In this document: piece by piece, positions 9,182 through 19,491 of the stretch
Position numbering within the stretch: the first letter of the stretch is position 1
Layout: each line of letters opens with the position of its first letter
Assembly: GCA_963790475.1 (NCBI GenBank)
Contig: CAWBOS010000012.1
Span: 576,001 to 640,000 of the forward strand
Reading direction: 5' to 3'
Length of the DNA: 64,000 bases
From: an uncultured delta proteobacterium
Lineage (GTDB): Bacteria; Desulfobacterota; RBG-13-43-22
Translations under genes and position numbers: made by a program
The notes under the pieces: generated by a model
Databases searched by the model: none
What the model saw: only the letters and a program-made list of their open reading frames with translations
What the model was told of the DNA's origin: nothing

Positions 9182-9997
9182 TTATTCCGACCTTGAAACA
9201 ATAACCATCCGATACTTGTTCGCCAGACGAATGGTGGCCTCCCGGTCAAAGATAATCGTCTTATGGGCCTCAATGGCCAGGACCCCGGCCTTTACCTCTT
9301 TCATGGTTTGAATAGTCTGCTCTCCAACGGCCGGGAGATCAAAGCGAAGGTCTTGAAAGGGTTTACTGACCTTGATGACCACAGCCTTCTCGCGGGCCAG
9401 TTTCCCTCCCCGCCGAATGGTTTCATCGGTCCCTTCAATGGCTTCCAGAGCCACTACAGCCCCATGCCGGACTACCAAACACTGCCCGATATCCAGCTTG
9501 CCCAGTTCCTTGGCCAGAGGCCATCCAAATTCTATGTCCTGTTCTTCCTCTGCTGTAGGCCGACGTTCAGTCAAAACTCCCGCAGGGGCTAAAAGAGAAG
9601 GAAGAAAGACCGTGGAGGGATGAACTTGAAATCCTTCTTTGGCCAGTTCATCCGCAAACATTCTTAAAACAAAGTCATCTTTTCGGTGTTCCATTTTGTC
9701 CAGGAGGGAAATTCCTTCCCTGTCCGGGTGGACTTTGGAAAACATCTTTTTCTTATCAACCCCCCCGGCCATCAGGACTTCTTTAACCCCCTCCTGTTTA
9801 AAAAATCGGACCAGTTTTCCGAATTCACCCAGATGGATCCAACAAATATTTTCCACCAAAGAGGCCAACTCCGGCAGGGTTTCTCCTTGATGGGCCACCA
9901 CGACCACCTTCTTCCCCTCTTTTTGGGCGGCCTTAGCGATTAAAATGGGGAAGTTCCCACCTCCGGCTATCAAACCAATGGGGATCGCTTGGTTCAT
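9182..9997 (-). CDS. lpxI: UDP-2,3-diacylglucosamine diphosphatase LpxI
   Basis: GLIAGGGNFP, LDIGQ, LEAIEGTD and DLRFDLP motifs; directly downstream of lpxA. Confidence 0.9.
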   Translation of the reverse strand: MNQAIPIGLIAGGGNFPILIAKAAQKEGKKVVVVAHQGETLPELASLVENICWIHLGEFGKLVRFFKQEGVKEVLMAGGVDKKKMFSKVHPDREGISLLDKMEHRKDDFVLRMFADELAKEGFQVHPSTVFLPSLLAPAGVLTERRPTAEEEQDIEFGWPLAKELGKLDIGQCLVVRHGAVVALEAIEGTDETIRRGGKLAREKAVVIKVSKPFQDLRFDLPAVGEQTIQTMKEVKAGVLAIEAHKTIIFDREATIRLANKYRMVIVSRSE

Positions 9998-10779
9998 TTG
10001 CGAGTGATTCCTCGTTGGGAATTTCGAATAAATTCTAAAAATCGTATGACTTCCGGGAAATGGGGGATTTCTTTTTCAACCCGAATGATGGCTTCCTGAT
10101 TGGTCAGATGGGAACGAATAACAATTTGATAGGTCTTTTTTAAGGCCTTAATGACCTCGTTGGAAAATTCATGACGGGTCAGCCCGATAATGTTCAAGCC
10201 GAACAGCTTGGCCCGTTCCCCCGAAGCGATTACGTAAGGAGGAATGTCCTGGACGATCCCGGTTTTTCCTCCGATATAGGCATGGGCCCCCACACGGACA
10301 AATTGATGGGCTGCCGATAATCCCCCGATGAATGAATAATCTTCTAAGATCACATGGCCGCCCAAGGTTGCCACATTGGCCATGACCACCCCGTCCCCCA
10401 CTTGACAATCATGGGCTATGTGGCAGTAGGCCATCAACATGTTCTGGTTGCCGATCTGGGTCTTGCCCCTTCCTTCCGTGGTGCCCCGATTGATGGTGAC
10501 ATATTCTCGAATCACATTTTCATCGCCGATAATAACCTCTGTTTTTTCGCCCTTATATCTTTTGTCTTGAGGAGGAGTTCCAATGGCCGCAAAAGGTGAA
10601 ATCAGGCAGTTCTTCCCGATATGCGTATAGCGGTCGATATAGACATGGGCACCAATTTGGGTCCCGGAATCGATGAAAGCCTCTCCTTCAATGATCGCAT
10701 ACGGCCCGACATGGACATTTTCTCCCAACTCGGTCTTAGGACCTATTATTGCGGTTGGATGTATGATGTTTGTAGACAT
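9994..10779 (-). CDS. lpxA: UDP-N-acetylglucosamine acyltransferase
   Basis: IHPTAII, hexapeptide repeats, PQD, IREYVTINRGT, HIAHDC. Confidence 0.95.
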   Translation of the reverse strand: MSTNIIHPTAIIGPKTELGENVHVGPYAIIEGEAFIDSGTQIGAHVYIDRYTHIGKNCLISPFAAIGTPPQDKRYKGEKTEVIIGDENVIREYVTINRGTTEGRGKTQIGNQNMLMAYCHIAHDCQVGDGVVMANVATLGGHVILEDYSFIGGLSAAHQFVRVGAHAYIGGKTGIVQDIPPYVIASGERAKLFGLNIIGLTRHEFSNEVIKALKKTYQIVIRSHLTNQEAIIRVEKEIPHFPEVIRFLEFIRNSQRGITRK

Positions 10780-11243
10780 TAAGTCTCCTCCTTGGACGGC
10801 ATCTCTTTTTCGGGGGAAATACTGGCGGTCAGCTCCGCCTCAGCCACCAGGTTTTCCCGGACAAAGGCCTTGCTCTGCATCTTCCAAACCCTCTCCCCCC
10901 GGCGTAAGACATTCAATTTCATAATCAGTTGATCTCCCGGAACCACTGGTTTTCTGAATTTGACCTTATCAATGGCCAGAAAAACAAACAGACTTTTCCC
11001 GATATGTTGGGGCATGGATTTAAAGGCCAGAACCCCACCGGCCTGGGCCATGGCTTCAATAATCAAAACCCCGGGCATGATTGGATTTCCCGGGAAATGA
11101 CCTTGGAAAAAAGGTTCATTGACCGTCACATTTTTCAGACCGACCACTTTTTCATTCACCGTAAATTCCAATATACGATCCAACAATAAAAAGGGATAGC
11201 GATGGGGTAAAATCTTTTGGATTTCCTCATGACTTATTTCCAT
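10779..11243 (-). CDS. fabZ: 3-hydroxyacyl-ACP dehydratase
   Basis: [11 protein letters not shown] and [23 protein letters not shown]; start reassigned to MEISHEE at 11243. Confidence 0.95.
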   Translation of the reverse strand: MEISHEEIQKILPHRYPFLLLDRILEFTVNEKVVGLKNVTVNEPFFQGHFPGNPIMPGVLIIEAMAQAGGVLAFKSMPQHIGKSLFVFLAIDKVKFRKPVVPGDQLIMKLNVLRRGERVWKMQSKAFVRENLVAEAELTASISPEKEMPSKEET

Positions 11244-12315
11244 GGTCTTCCTTCCTCTCCTTTTTAATCTCGGTTTCCAAGAGACGAACCCGTTCTTCCA
11301 AGGTCCGTAATTGTTTAGCCATCTCAGGCAATCGCGGTATGAGAAGTCGGGTGCGCAAATACGTTTGATGGGGCATGGTCGTGTTGCCGGAGACGACTTC
11401 ACCGGCCGGAATGGATTTAGCCACCCCCGATTTCGGCCCCACCGTAACCCCATCCCCAATGGTAACATGCGGGCCTACCCCGACCTGACCGGCCAGAGTG
11501 ACCCCTTTTCCCAAAGTGGCACTCCCGGATATGCCGACCTGAGCGATCAGAAGGGAATGCTCTCCGACTACCACGTTGTGGGCCACATGGACCAGATTGT
11601 CTGTTTTGACTCCGGTCTTGATCCAAGTTTTGCCGAATGTCGCCCGATCAATGGTATTGTTGGCCCCAATTTCACAGTCATCGTCAATCTGAACGATCCC
11701 CCTTTGAGGAATCTTGACATGGGTCATCCCGTCCTGCGCAAAACCGAAACCGTCACTGCCGATTACCGTTCCACTGTGAATAATCACCCTTTGTCCGATT
11801 ATTGTTCCTGATAGGATGGAAACGTTGGGATAAATAATGGAATCCTTCCCAATCCGGACCGAATCCCCCACATAGACCCCCGGATACAAGGTAACCCCGT
11901 CTTCAATCTCCACTCGGTCATCAAGAAAGACCAAGGGAAAAATGGAAACCTTTTCCCCGATTCGGCAACCCTCCCCGCAATGGGCCAAGGAACTGATGCC
12001 TAGCGGGTGACTGGGTCGGGGGGCAAAAAACCGGGCGATCCGGGCATAGGCCAGATAAGGATTGGTGGTTATCAATAACGGCTTGGAGGTTTGAGGAAGT
12101 TGAGGACCAACAATAACGGCCGACGCCTGGGTCGTTTCCAGGTCTTTTCCGTATTTGGGATTGGCCATAAAGGTGATTTGACCCTTTCGGGCCTCCCGGA
12201 TCCCGGTGATGCCGACAAGCAACTCCTCACAGACCCCCCGGACCTCTCCTCCAACCAACCGGGCCAGTTCCTCCAAAGATACCCCTGAGGGGGATGCTGA
12301 AGTCGGCAACTCCAT
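11227..12315 (-). CDS. lpxD: UDP-3-O-acylglucosamine N-acyltransferase
   Basis: NPYLAYA, IGSDGFGF, EIGANNTIDR, KTDNLVHVAHN. Confidence 0.95.
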   Translation of the reverse strand: MELPTSASPSGVSLEELARLVGGEVRGVCEELLVGITGIREARKGQITFMANPKYGKDLETTQASAVIVGPQLPQTSKPLLITTNPYLAYARIARFFAPRPSHPLGISSLAHCGEGCRIGEKVSIFPLVFLDDRVEIEDGVTLYPGVYVGDSVRIGKDSIIYPNVSILSGTIIGQRVIIHSGTVIGSDGFGFAQDGMTHVKIPQRGIVQIDDDCEIGANNTIDRATFGKTWIKTGVKTDNLVHVAHNVVVGEHSLLIAQVGISGSATLGKGVTLAGQVGVGPHVTIGDGVTVGPKSGVAKSIPAGEVVSGNTTMPHQTYLRTRLLIPRLPEMAKQLRTLEERVRLLETEIKKERKEDHGNKS

Positions 12316-12317
12316 GC

Positions 12318-12863
12318 TTATTTCTTTTTCTCTTTTTTGGGTTCGTTGGCGAGTCTGATGACTTTATCGGTTATCTCCTCGACGGGTTTATTGAAATAAA
12401 CCACACCGCTCTTGGATTCTAAGATCAGGGTATACCCTTCATCTCTGGCCAGTTTTTTGGTAACCTCAAACAACTCGGTTAACAAAGGCTGCATGGCACT
12501 ATATTCATCCTTGTGCATTTCTTCTTCTTTTTTCCGAACTAGCTCCCTTAAATCCTCGTCTTTCCGGATCAGCTCTTTTTCCCTCTCCCTCTTGGCATCA
12601 GCACTCAGGACATTGCTTTTTTTACTGAATTCTTCGCTCAGTTTTTTCAATTCGTCCCGTCTGGTCTCCAAATCCTTTTTGATCCGATCCGCTTTTTCCT
12701 GCAAACCTTTGGAAGCTTTTTTGCCAGCCTCGGATTGCTGGATGCATTTCTGCAAATCAATGACCCCGATTTTAAGGGCCTCGCTGGCCCAGGAAGGAGC
12801 AGCCGTCCAAAGAAATATAATTCCCAACACAAAAACAACTTTGGTTAAAAAAATTCTACTCAT
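12318..12863 (-). CDS. skp: OmpH/Skp periplasmic chaperone
   Basis: Signal peptide, KIGVID, long coiled coil, ITDKVI end; between bamA and lpxD. Confidence 0.9.
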   Translation of the reverse strand: MSRIFLTKVVFVLGIIFLWTAAPSWASEALKIGVIDLQKCIQQSEAGKKASKGLQEKADRIKKDLETRRDELKKLSEEFSKKSNVLSADAKREREKELIRKDEDLRELVRKKEEEMHKDEYSAMQPLLTELFEVTKKLARDEGYTLILESKSGVVYFNKPVEEITDKVIRLANEPKKEKKK

Positions 12864-13015
12864 GTTCAATCTCCTAACTGATTTTAATTAATAAGGATTC
12901 CAGGAGGGAAAAAGGGCAACAGGCCAGGAGTTTTAGGTTGCCAGATTTCCCCAACCCTTGATGACCTATGGTCTCAAACCTATAGCCTGATTTTCTCTTG
13001 AACCCTGTTTTTGGT

Positions 13016-15670
13016 TTAAAAAAATGACCCTATGGTAAATTCCCAGTTACTTTGGTCTTCTCCGGGTTTGGGTTCTAAGTTCCAACCCCATTCCAAACGC
13101 AGGGGGCCTATAGGGGAGTACCAACGGATTCCCACCCCCGCACTTTTTCGCAGGTTCCCTAAATCCATCGTCTGGTCTTTGCTAAAGACATTTCCAGCAT
13201 CAAAAAACACCAGTCCTTTAAGCCCGAACTTTTGAACCAGAGGGAATATGTATTCGAAATTAAATTGTACCATCTGCTCGCCGCCGATCACTTGGCCGGT
13301 CGCCGGGTCTGTGGGGCTGATGGTATTATATTTGAAGCCTCGGATCGAATTGATGCCTCCTAAATAAAATTTTTCATATAAGGGCAAATCCCCCCCGGCA
13401 TTCTGGGTCATATATCCCGCTTTGCCGTTAGCAAAAAAAGTGGTATCCCAAAAAAGCGGGAAATACCAACCTGAACCGGCCAAAAACCGGGTAAAATAAT
13501 TGGTCCCTCCCAGCGGCCCGCCGGCATATTCCACAGAAACAAAATTAACCGACCCCTTGGTGGTATTAAAGATCAAATCTCTGGTATCTCTTCGAAGGGT
13601 TAATTTAGCACTGCTGGTTTGATGGCGGCCCGCCATATCCTTGATTACCTGAGCGGCGTCATCATGCACTTGCGTCACATTGGCGTCGTCGTAAGTATAG
13701 GTAAGAATTGCCCTGGTGTCATCTGTCAGGATGGGATAACCGAAACTCAGCGATCCTCCGAAACTGTTTCTGACATATTGATCATAGATATAGTTCCAAT
13801 TATAGATACTGGTTTCGCTTGATATCCGGGTATCTAATAACCAGGGTTCGAAAAAGCTCAGCCTATAAAGTTGGGTCACGGACCCGAGTTGGCCATCCAG
13901 GCTTAACCGTTGCCCCCGGCCAAAAAGATTTCTTTCCGAAATCTGGCCCATAACCATAAACTGTTCCACGGCACTATATCCCGCCCCCACGGAAAAAGAG
14001 CCGGTCGCCTTTTCCTTGACTTCTGCCTTTAATTTCATACGATCCTCCTGGCTCCCCGGTGAAGTCGAGAGGTTGATCTCTTCGAAAAAATCAAGACGAT
14101 GAAGGTTTTCATTGCTTTTTCTGAGGGCCTTGGCATCAAAGAGGCCTTTTTCGGCCACTTTGAATTCCCTTCGAATGACATTGTCTCGGGTTTTCACATT
14201 CCCGACAATATCAATGCTTTCAAAATAAACCTTGGACCCTTTCTTGATTTCATAAACGAGATCGACCTTGAGGGCGGCGGGATCCTCCTTGATTTGGGGA
14301 TTGATTTCGACAAAGGCATACCCTTCAAGGGAATAAAGATCACTAAGCATTAAAATGTCCTTGCGAATCACTTCTCGATTATAAAATTTTTCTTTGGTAA
14401 TGGCCAGGGAGGCCATCAATTTTTCCTTAGGTTGAATCAAATCCCCGCTGACACTCACCTGACCCATCTGATAGGGCTGGCCTTCCTCGATGGGGATGGT
14501 TATATAAAGCCAATCTCCTTCATGCCGTACGGTCGGTTCCCCCACTTTGGCTTTTAAATATCCATGATTGAAATAAAAGGAAGATAATTTTTCCAGGTCC
14601 TGTTCCAGCAGTTCCTTCTTATAGAATCCGGAGGAGGTGATCCAGTAAAAATAACCCTTTTCATTGGTTTCCATAACGGATTTCAATTGCTTATCAGAAA
14701 ACCCATGGTTCCCTTGAAAGGCGATGGTTTTGATATAGACCTTTTTCCCTTCAACGATATTGTAGACGACTACGGCCGCTTGTCCTTTGTCCTCATAAGT
14801 AACCGAATAGGTAATCCGGACATTATAATATCCTTTGGACTGGTAAAAGGCCGTCAACTTCTCCTGGGTTTCACTCACCGTGTTCAAATTTAAAATCGTA
14901 AAGGGTTTGATGGTCAACTGCTCTTTGAGGTCTTCCTCTTTGATTTCTTTATAGCCTTTGAAATCGATCCGTTTAACAAAAGGGCGTTCCTCAACCACAA
15001 AAGTGATCAACTTCCCTTGAGGGTTTTGCTTCACTTCCAACCGTACATCGGAAAAAAATCCCATCTTGAAAATGGCCCGAATGTCCTGATCCAGGTATTC
15101 CGGGATATAGGGTTCGCCGGTTTTTGATTTCAGTTCTTTTTCTATAGCCTGGGCTTCAATCCTTTGGTTCCCCCTGATGGAAATGCCGGCAATCTTTTCC
15201 TGACCCAAAATCCTCAGTCCCACTTCTTTGGAAAACCGTTCCATCAACCTCATGATATTTTCCAATCCTTCTTCCGTCAAAGAAAAGGTCAGAGGGGGTT
15301 TTTCGGTCTTGATTTCCAGGAGATTCCCGGTCAGGTTCATTCGTTGTCCGATTTTGGTCAGGCTGCCATAGATGAGAAAGTCCGCCTCCAATTGTTTTCC
15401 TATGGTTCGAAGTTCCTTCCAGTCACTGGGGACCTTTTGGGTCAGCCAGGGTTCGGTTTTGGAAAGGGGAAGGACCAGGATATTCTGTTTGCTTAATCCG
15501 TCAGAAAGGCCTTCCAACATATTTTTCTGCAGATAGGCCAGGTTGATCTGGCTGTGTATCGTGAAAGGCATCAGGGCCACCTTATTCTCCGAATCGGCCC
15601 GGACCTTTGACACATTCAGAAGCTGACCCATTAAAAGAACCATCACGATCAAAATGACTTTCTTCGGCAT
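13016..15670 (-). CDS. bamA: Outer membrane protein assembly factor BamA with an extra N-terminal domain
   Basis: POTRA repeats (GNQRIE, GNVKTRDNVIRRE), IRGF loop, SPIGPLRLEWG, terminal Phe. Confidence 0.93.
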   Translation of the reverse strand: MPKKVILIVMVLLMGQLLNVSKVRADSENKVALMPFTIHSQINLAYLQKNMLEGLSDGLSKQNILVLPLSKTEPWLTQKVPSDWKELRTIGKQLEADFLIYGSLTKIGQRMNLTGNLLEIKTEKPPLTFSLTEEGLENIMRLMERFSKEVGLRILGQEKIAGISIRGNQRIEAQAIEKELKSKTGEPYIPEYLDQDIRAIFKMGFFSDVRLEVKQNPQGKLITFVVEERPFVKRIDFKGYKEIKEEDLKEQLTIKPFTILNLNTVSETQEKLTAFYQSKGYYNVRITYSVTYEDKGQAAVVVYNIVEGKKVYIKTIAFQGNHGFSDKQLKSVMETNEKGYFYWITSSGFYKKELLEQDLEKLSSFYFNHGYLKAKVGEPTVRHEGDWLYITIPIEEGQPYQMGQVSVSGDLIQPKEKLMASLAITKEKFYNREVIRKDILMLSDLYSLEGYAFVEINPQIKEDPAALKVDLVYEIKKGSKVYFESIDIVGNVKTRDNVIRREFKVAEKGLFDAKALRKSNENLHRLDFFEEINLSTSPGSQEDRMKLKAEVKEKATGSFSVGAGYSAVEQFMVMGQISERNLFGRGQRLSLDGQLGSVTQLYRLSFFEPWLLDTRISSETSIYNWNYIYDQYVRNSFGGSLSFGYPILTDDTRAILTYTYDDANVTQVHDDAAQVIKDMAGRHQTSSAKLTLRRDTRDLIFNTTKGSVNFVSVEYAGGPLGGTNYFTRFLAGSGWYFPLFWDTTFFANGKAGYMTQNAGGDLPLYEKFYLGGINSIRGFKYNTISPTDPATGQVIGGEQMVQFNFEYIFPLVQKFGLKGLVFFDAGNVFSKDQTMDLGNLRKSAGVGIRWYSPIGPLRLEWGWNLEPKPGEDQSNWEFTIGSFF

Positions 15671-15833
15671 AAGAGATCCCCTTTTGATTCTTATCGCTTG
15701 GATTCTTTAGAATATATTAACCGCTTAATCACCGTATCGCGGTGTGGACCGTCGCCGTTGGTAAAAGACAATCGAATCGATTTCCCAACCCATAACTCGT
15801 AACCCGCAACAAAGAGATTTCAAAAATATCTAC

Positions 15834-16523
15834 CTAGTTAATAGCCATTTCAATGGCCTTGCCGTCTACGATTTCCACATTTCTCTTGAATCGTCTGGAC
15901 AATTCCTGGTTATGAGTAACCATCAAAAAGGTCACCCCTTTTTCCTGGTTGAGACGATTAAACAGTTCTATGATTTGGGTCCCGGTTTTTCGATCCAGAT
16001 TTCCCGTCGGTTCATCAGCCAAAATCAGTTGGGGGCCACGGATCAAAGACCGGGCAATAGCCACCCGTTGTTGTTCTCCGCCCGAAAGCTCTCCGATCCG
16101 GTGGTATAAACGTTCTTTCAGACCCAGTTGGTCCAAAATTTCTTCTGCCCTTCCTTGGGCTTCCCGGCTGCCCTCCCCGGCAATCAAAAGGGGCATCATG
16201 GTGTTTTCCAGAGCTGTGAATTCCGGCAGCAAATGATGAAACTGAAAAACAAACCCTATTTTCTGATTACGAAATCGGGACAGGTCTGTTGCCGATTGTT
16301 CAAAGATGTTTTGCCCTTCAAACAGAACCTGACCCCCGGAAGGTCGATCGAGGGTCCCCAGAATATGTAACAAAGTTGATTTCCCGGTTCCCGAAGCCCC
16401 CACCACAGCCAGAGTATCGCGGTGATGAAGTTCCAGATCGAGATTCTTAAGCACCTCCACGCGATGCTGGTTATTGATAAAAAACTTCTCTAACTTCTTG
16501 ACCGTGATCAGAGGTTGAGACAT
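15834..16523 (-). CDS. lolD: Lipoprotein-releasing ABC transporter ATPase
   Basis: GASGTGKST, GFVFQFHHLLPEF, LSGGEQQRVAIAR, ADEPTGNLD. Confidence 0.92.
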   Translation of the reverse strand: MSQPLITVKKLEKFFINNQHRVEVLKNLDLELHHRDTLAVVGASGTGKSTLLHILGTLDRPSGGQVLFEGQNIFEQSATDLSRFRNQKIGFVFQFHHLLPEFTALENTMMPLLIAGEGSREAQGRAEEILDQLGLKERLYHRIGELSGGEQQRVAIARSLIRGPQLILADEPTGNLDRKTGTQIIELFNRLNQEKGVTFLMVTHNQELSRRFKRNVEIVDGKAIEMAIN

Positions 16524-16532
16524 TAACTTGGC

Positions 16533-17780
16533 CTACTCATACCGTATGGCTTCAGCCGGGTCAAGACGGGAGGCCTGCCAGGCCGGATAAAGGGTGGCAA
16601 TCAAACAGATCCCCAGGGCGGAAACCACGATCATCAGAATATCCTCCCCCTTCATCAATACCGGCAGAGAGGATATATAATAAACGTCACTGGGCAACTT
16701 GATGAACTGATATTTTTCAAGAAGCCGGCACAACCCCACGCCCCCCAGCAGTCCCAGGGCCGTGCCCACGGCTCCAATAATAATCCCTTCCAACATAAAG
16801 ATCTTCATGATACTTCCGGCTGTCGCCCCCATAGATTTGAGGATGGCGATATCTTTGGTTTTTTCCATGACGACCATGATCAAAGAAGCCACGATATTAA
16901 AGGCTGCTACCAGGATTATCAGAGTCAGGATGATAAACATGACTAATTTTTCCAGTTTCAAGGCGGAGAACAGGTTTTTGTTCATCCGCATCCAATCCTT
17001 GGTCCAAAAGGGAAAACCCAGTTTAGTCTGAATGGCCCGGGCAATCCCGGCCGCCTGGTAGACATCCCGGGTTTTGACTTCCAGACCGGTCACCTTATTC
17101 CCAAGTCCCAAAAAAGACTGAGCCTCCGAAAGGGAAACAAAGGCTATGGAGGAATCGTATTCAAACATCCCCGACTCAAAAATTCCCACCAGCCGGAAAG
17201 GTCTCATCTTGGGGACTCTCCCTAAGGGAGTCATTTCCCCCAAGGGTGAAATGATGGATAGGGTATCGTTTAGAGAAAGGCCCAGGCTCCTGGCCAATTC
17301 CTGACCTAAGATGATCCCCGGAACCTCCGGCCCTTTCTCCCCTTCGGTCTGTGCAGGGGCTTCCAAGGCTTGCCAGGTCCCTTTCTTTAATATTCGATCC
17401 AGGGAAATTACCCTGGGTCCGCTCCGGATATCGACACCACGGAGAACAGCCCCGGTCACCTGGTCCCCGGTACTCACCATGACCTGGGTCAGGATAAATG
17501 GGGTGGCCGCGATTACCCCGGGAACCGATTCCACCCGCCGGGCCACCTGGTCATAATTTTCCATGGTATTGTCCAAGCTTAATACCAGGGCATGGGAATT
17601 CAGGCCCAGGATTTTATTTTTCAGGTCATTTTCAAAACCGCTCATGACGGCTATTACCACAATCAGAGCCATAACCCCCAGGGCGACTCCTCCCATGGAG
17701 ATAAAGGTAATGATGGAAATAAAGGTCTGTTTCCTCTTGGCCTTCAGATAGCGGTAACTGACAAAAAATTCAAAAGACAT
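16533..17780 (-). CDS. lolE: Lipoprotein-releasing ABC transporter permease (LolC/E family)
   Basis: GVALGVMALIVVIAVMSGF, LVAAFNI, DIAILKSMGA, YPAWQASRLDPAEAIRYE. Confidence 0.88.
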   Translation of the reverse strand: MSFEFFVSYRYLKAKRKQTFISIITFISMGGVALGVMALIVVIAVMSGFENDLKNKILGLNSHALVLSLDNTMENYDQVARRVESVPGVIAATPFILTQVMVSTGDQVTGAVLRGVDIRSGPRVISLDRILKKGTWQALEAPAQTEGEKGPEVPGIILGQELARSLGLSLNDTLSIISPLGEMTPLGRVPKMRPFRLVGIFESGMFEYDSSIAFVSLSEAQSFLGLGNKVTGLEVKTRDVYQAAGIARAIQTKLGFPFWTKDWMRMNKNLFSALKLEKLVMFIILTLIILVAAFNIVASLIMVVMEKTKDIAILKSMGATAGSIMKIFMLEGIIIGAVGTALGLLGGVGLCRLLEKYQFIKLPSDVYYISSLPVLMKGEDILMIVVSALGICLIATLYPAWQASRLDPAEAIRYE

Positions 17781-17875
17781 AATTAGCGCTTCAGCGGTCA
17801 GCGGTCAGCATTCGGTTGATGCTGGTCCGAGTTGTGTTCTTTGTTGAAATCGGTTTGCCCGTGGCTGTTTGCATT

Positions 17876-19357
17876 CTACTTCTCCGGCTTCAATAGAGGG
17901 AACAAAATTACCTCCCTAATAGAAGGGGCATCGGTAAAAAGCATGACCATCCGATCGATGCCGATCCCTTCACCGGCTGTCGGTGGCAAGCCGTATTCCA
18001 AGGCCGTTAGATAATCCCAATCGATGTCCTGGGCTTCATCATCCCCTGCCTCTTTGGCCCTCATCTGATTAATGAACCGTTCTTTTTGATCCAAGGGGTC
18101 ATTGAGTTCCGTAAACCCATTGGCAAACTCACGCCCGCAGATAAACAGTTCAAAACGATCGGTAATTTCCGGGTCTTCTTTACTTCTTTTGGCCAGAGGG
18201 GAAACTTCTATAGGATAGCCGGTGACAAAAGTCGGCTGACGCAATTGGGGTTCCACCACCTGTTCAAAAATTTTGGTCAGGGCCTTTCCTAGGCCATCGA
18301 CGGATTTTAGATCTGCACCCAGGGAACGGGCCATTTCAATTGCCCGCCCGGTATCTTCCAAGATCCCGGGATCAAAATTTCCTATCTCGACCAGGGACTG
18401 CAGAAATGGAAGGCGTCTCCAGGGAGGGGTTAAATCAATAGACTCTTCCTGGTAGCTCCAGGTTAAACTTCCTTTAAGATTTTGGGCCAGGGAAGAAAAA
18501 AGTTCTTCGGTTAAGGCCATTAAATCCTGATAAGTGGCATAGGCCTGGTAGAATTCAATCATGGTAAATTCCGGATTATGCTTTATGGAGATCCCTTCAT
18601 TCCTAAAATTCCGGTTTATTTCAAAAACCTTGTCCAGGCCTCCGATAACCAGACGCTTCAAATACAGTTCCGGCGCGATCCTTAGAAATAAAGGAAGGTT
18701 AAGCGCATTATGAAAGGTCTCGAAAGGTTTTGCCGTAGCCCCGCCGGCGATGGGTTGCATCATCGGAGTCTCGACTTCTAAAAACCCTCTTTCAGTCATA
18801 AAACCCCGTATCAAATGAATCATTCTGGAGCGTAACTGAAAAATTTCCCGGACCTTGGGATTGACCAACAGGTCCAGATAGCGCTGGCGATATCGCTGTT
18901 CGACATCTATCAGGCCATGAAATTTTTCCGGCAAAGATCGGAAAGATTTGGATAATAATTCAATTTTTTTTACTAATAGGGTCAGTTCCCCGGTTTTGGT
19001 TTTAAAAAGGCTCCCTTCCAGACCCAGGAAATCTCCCAAGTCGATTTTCTTAAAAAGGTGGAACTGATTCTCACCAATCAGGTCTTTTTTCAGATACCCC
19101 TGAAGACGTCCCGTCCCGTCTTGAATATGAAAGAAGATGCTTTTCCCGAAATCCCGCAGGGTCATTAATCTCCCCGCGGTCTGCACGGTAATTGTTGATT
19201 CATCCGGTGTGGATCCTTCCAGGGAACCAAACTGGGCCTGGATTTCTTCGATTTTATGACTGACCCGGTTAAAACTGGGGTAGAGGTCTATCCCGAGGGC
19301 TTTGAGCTCTTCCGCTTTTTTCAAGCGTTGTTGTCTTAGCTGGTTTTCTTCTTCCAT
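17876..19357 (-). CDS. lysS: Lysine--tRNA ligase (class II)
   Basis: [40 protein letters not shown]. Confidence 0.97.
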   Translation of the reverse strand: MEEENQLRQQRLKKAEELKALGIDLYPSFNRVSHKIEEIQAQFGSLEGSTPDESTITVQTAGRLMTLRDFGKSIFFHIQDGTGRLQGYLKKDLIGENQFHLFKKIDLGDFLGLEGSLFKTKTGELTLLVKKIELLSKSFRSLPEKFHGLIDVEQRYRQRYLDLLVNPKVREIFQLRSRMIHLIRGFMTERGFLEVETPMMQPIAGGATAKPFETFHNALNLPLFLRIAPELYLKRLVIGGLDKVFEINRNFRNEGISIKHNPEFTMIEFYQAYATYQDLMALTEELFSSLAQNLKGSLTWSYQEESIDLTPPWRRLPFLQSLVEIGNFDPGILEDTGRAIEMARSLGADLKSVDGLGKALTKIFEQVVEPQLRQPTFVTGYPIEVSPLAKRSKEDPEITDRFELFICGREFANGFTELNDPLDQKERFINQMRAKEAGDDEAQDIDWDYLTALEYGLPPTAGEGIGIDRMVMLFTDAPSIREVILFPLLKPEK

Positions 19358-19420
19358 TGACTAAGTCCTTTAAACCCGTTACTATTATTAATAAATCAGG
19401 GATAAGCAAATAAACGCTGA

Positions 19421-19449
19421 ATATTATATTGTTTTCTATAATTAGTCAA
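19421..19449 (-). promoter_or_regulatory. Putative sigma70 promoter of the lysS-msbA superoperon
   Basis: TTGACT-17 nt-TAATAT on the minus strand. Confidence 0.5.
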
Positions 19450-19491
19450 GGATAAACCCCTGGTAAATTTTAAGGGATTTAACAACCATCC

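Noticed and set aside
11244-11468. Long N-terminal extension of FabZ in the ORF track
   Set aside because: It overlaps lpxD out of frame; the ATG at 11243 has an RBS and gives normal length
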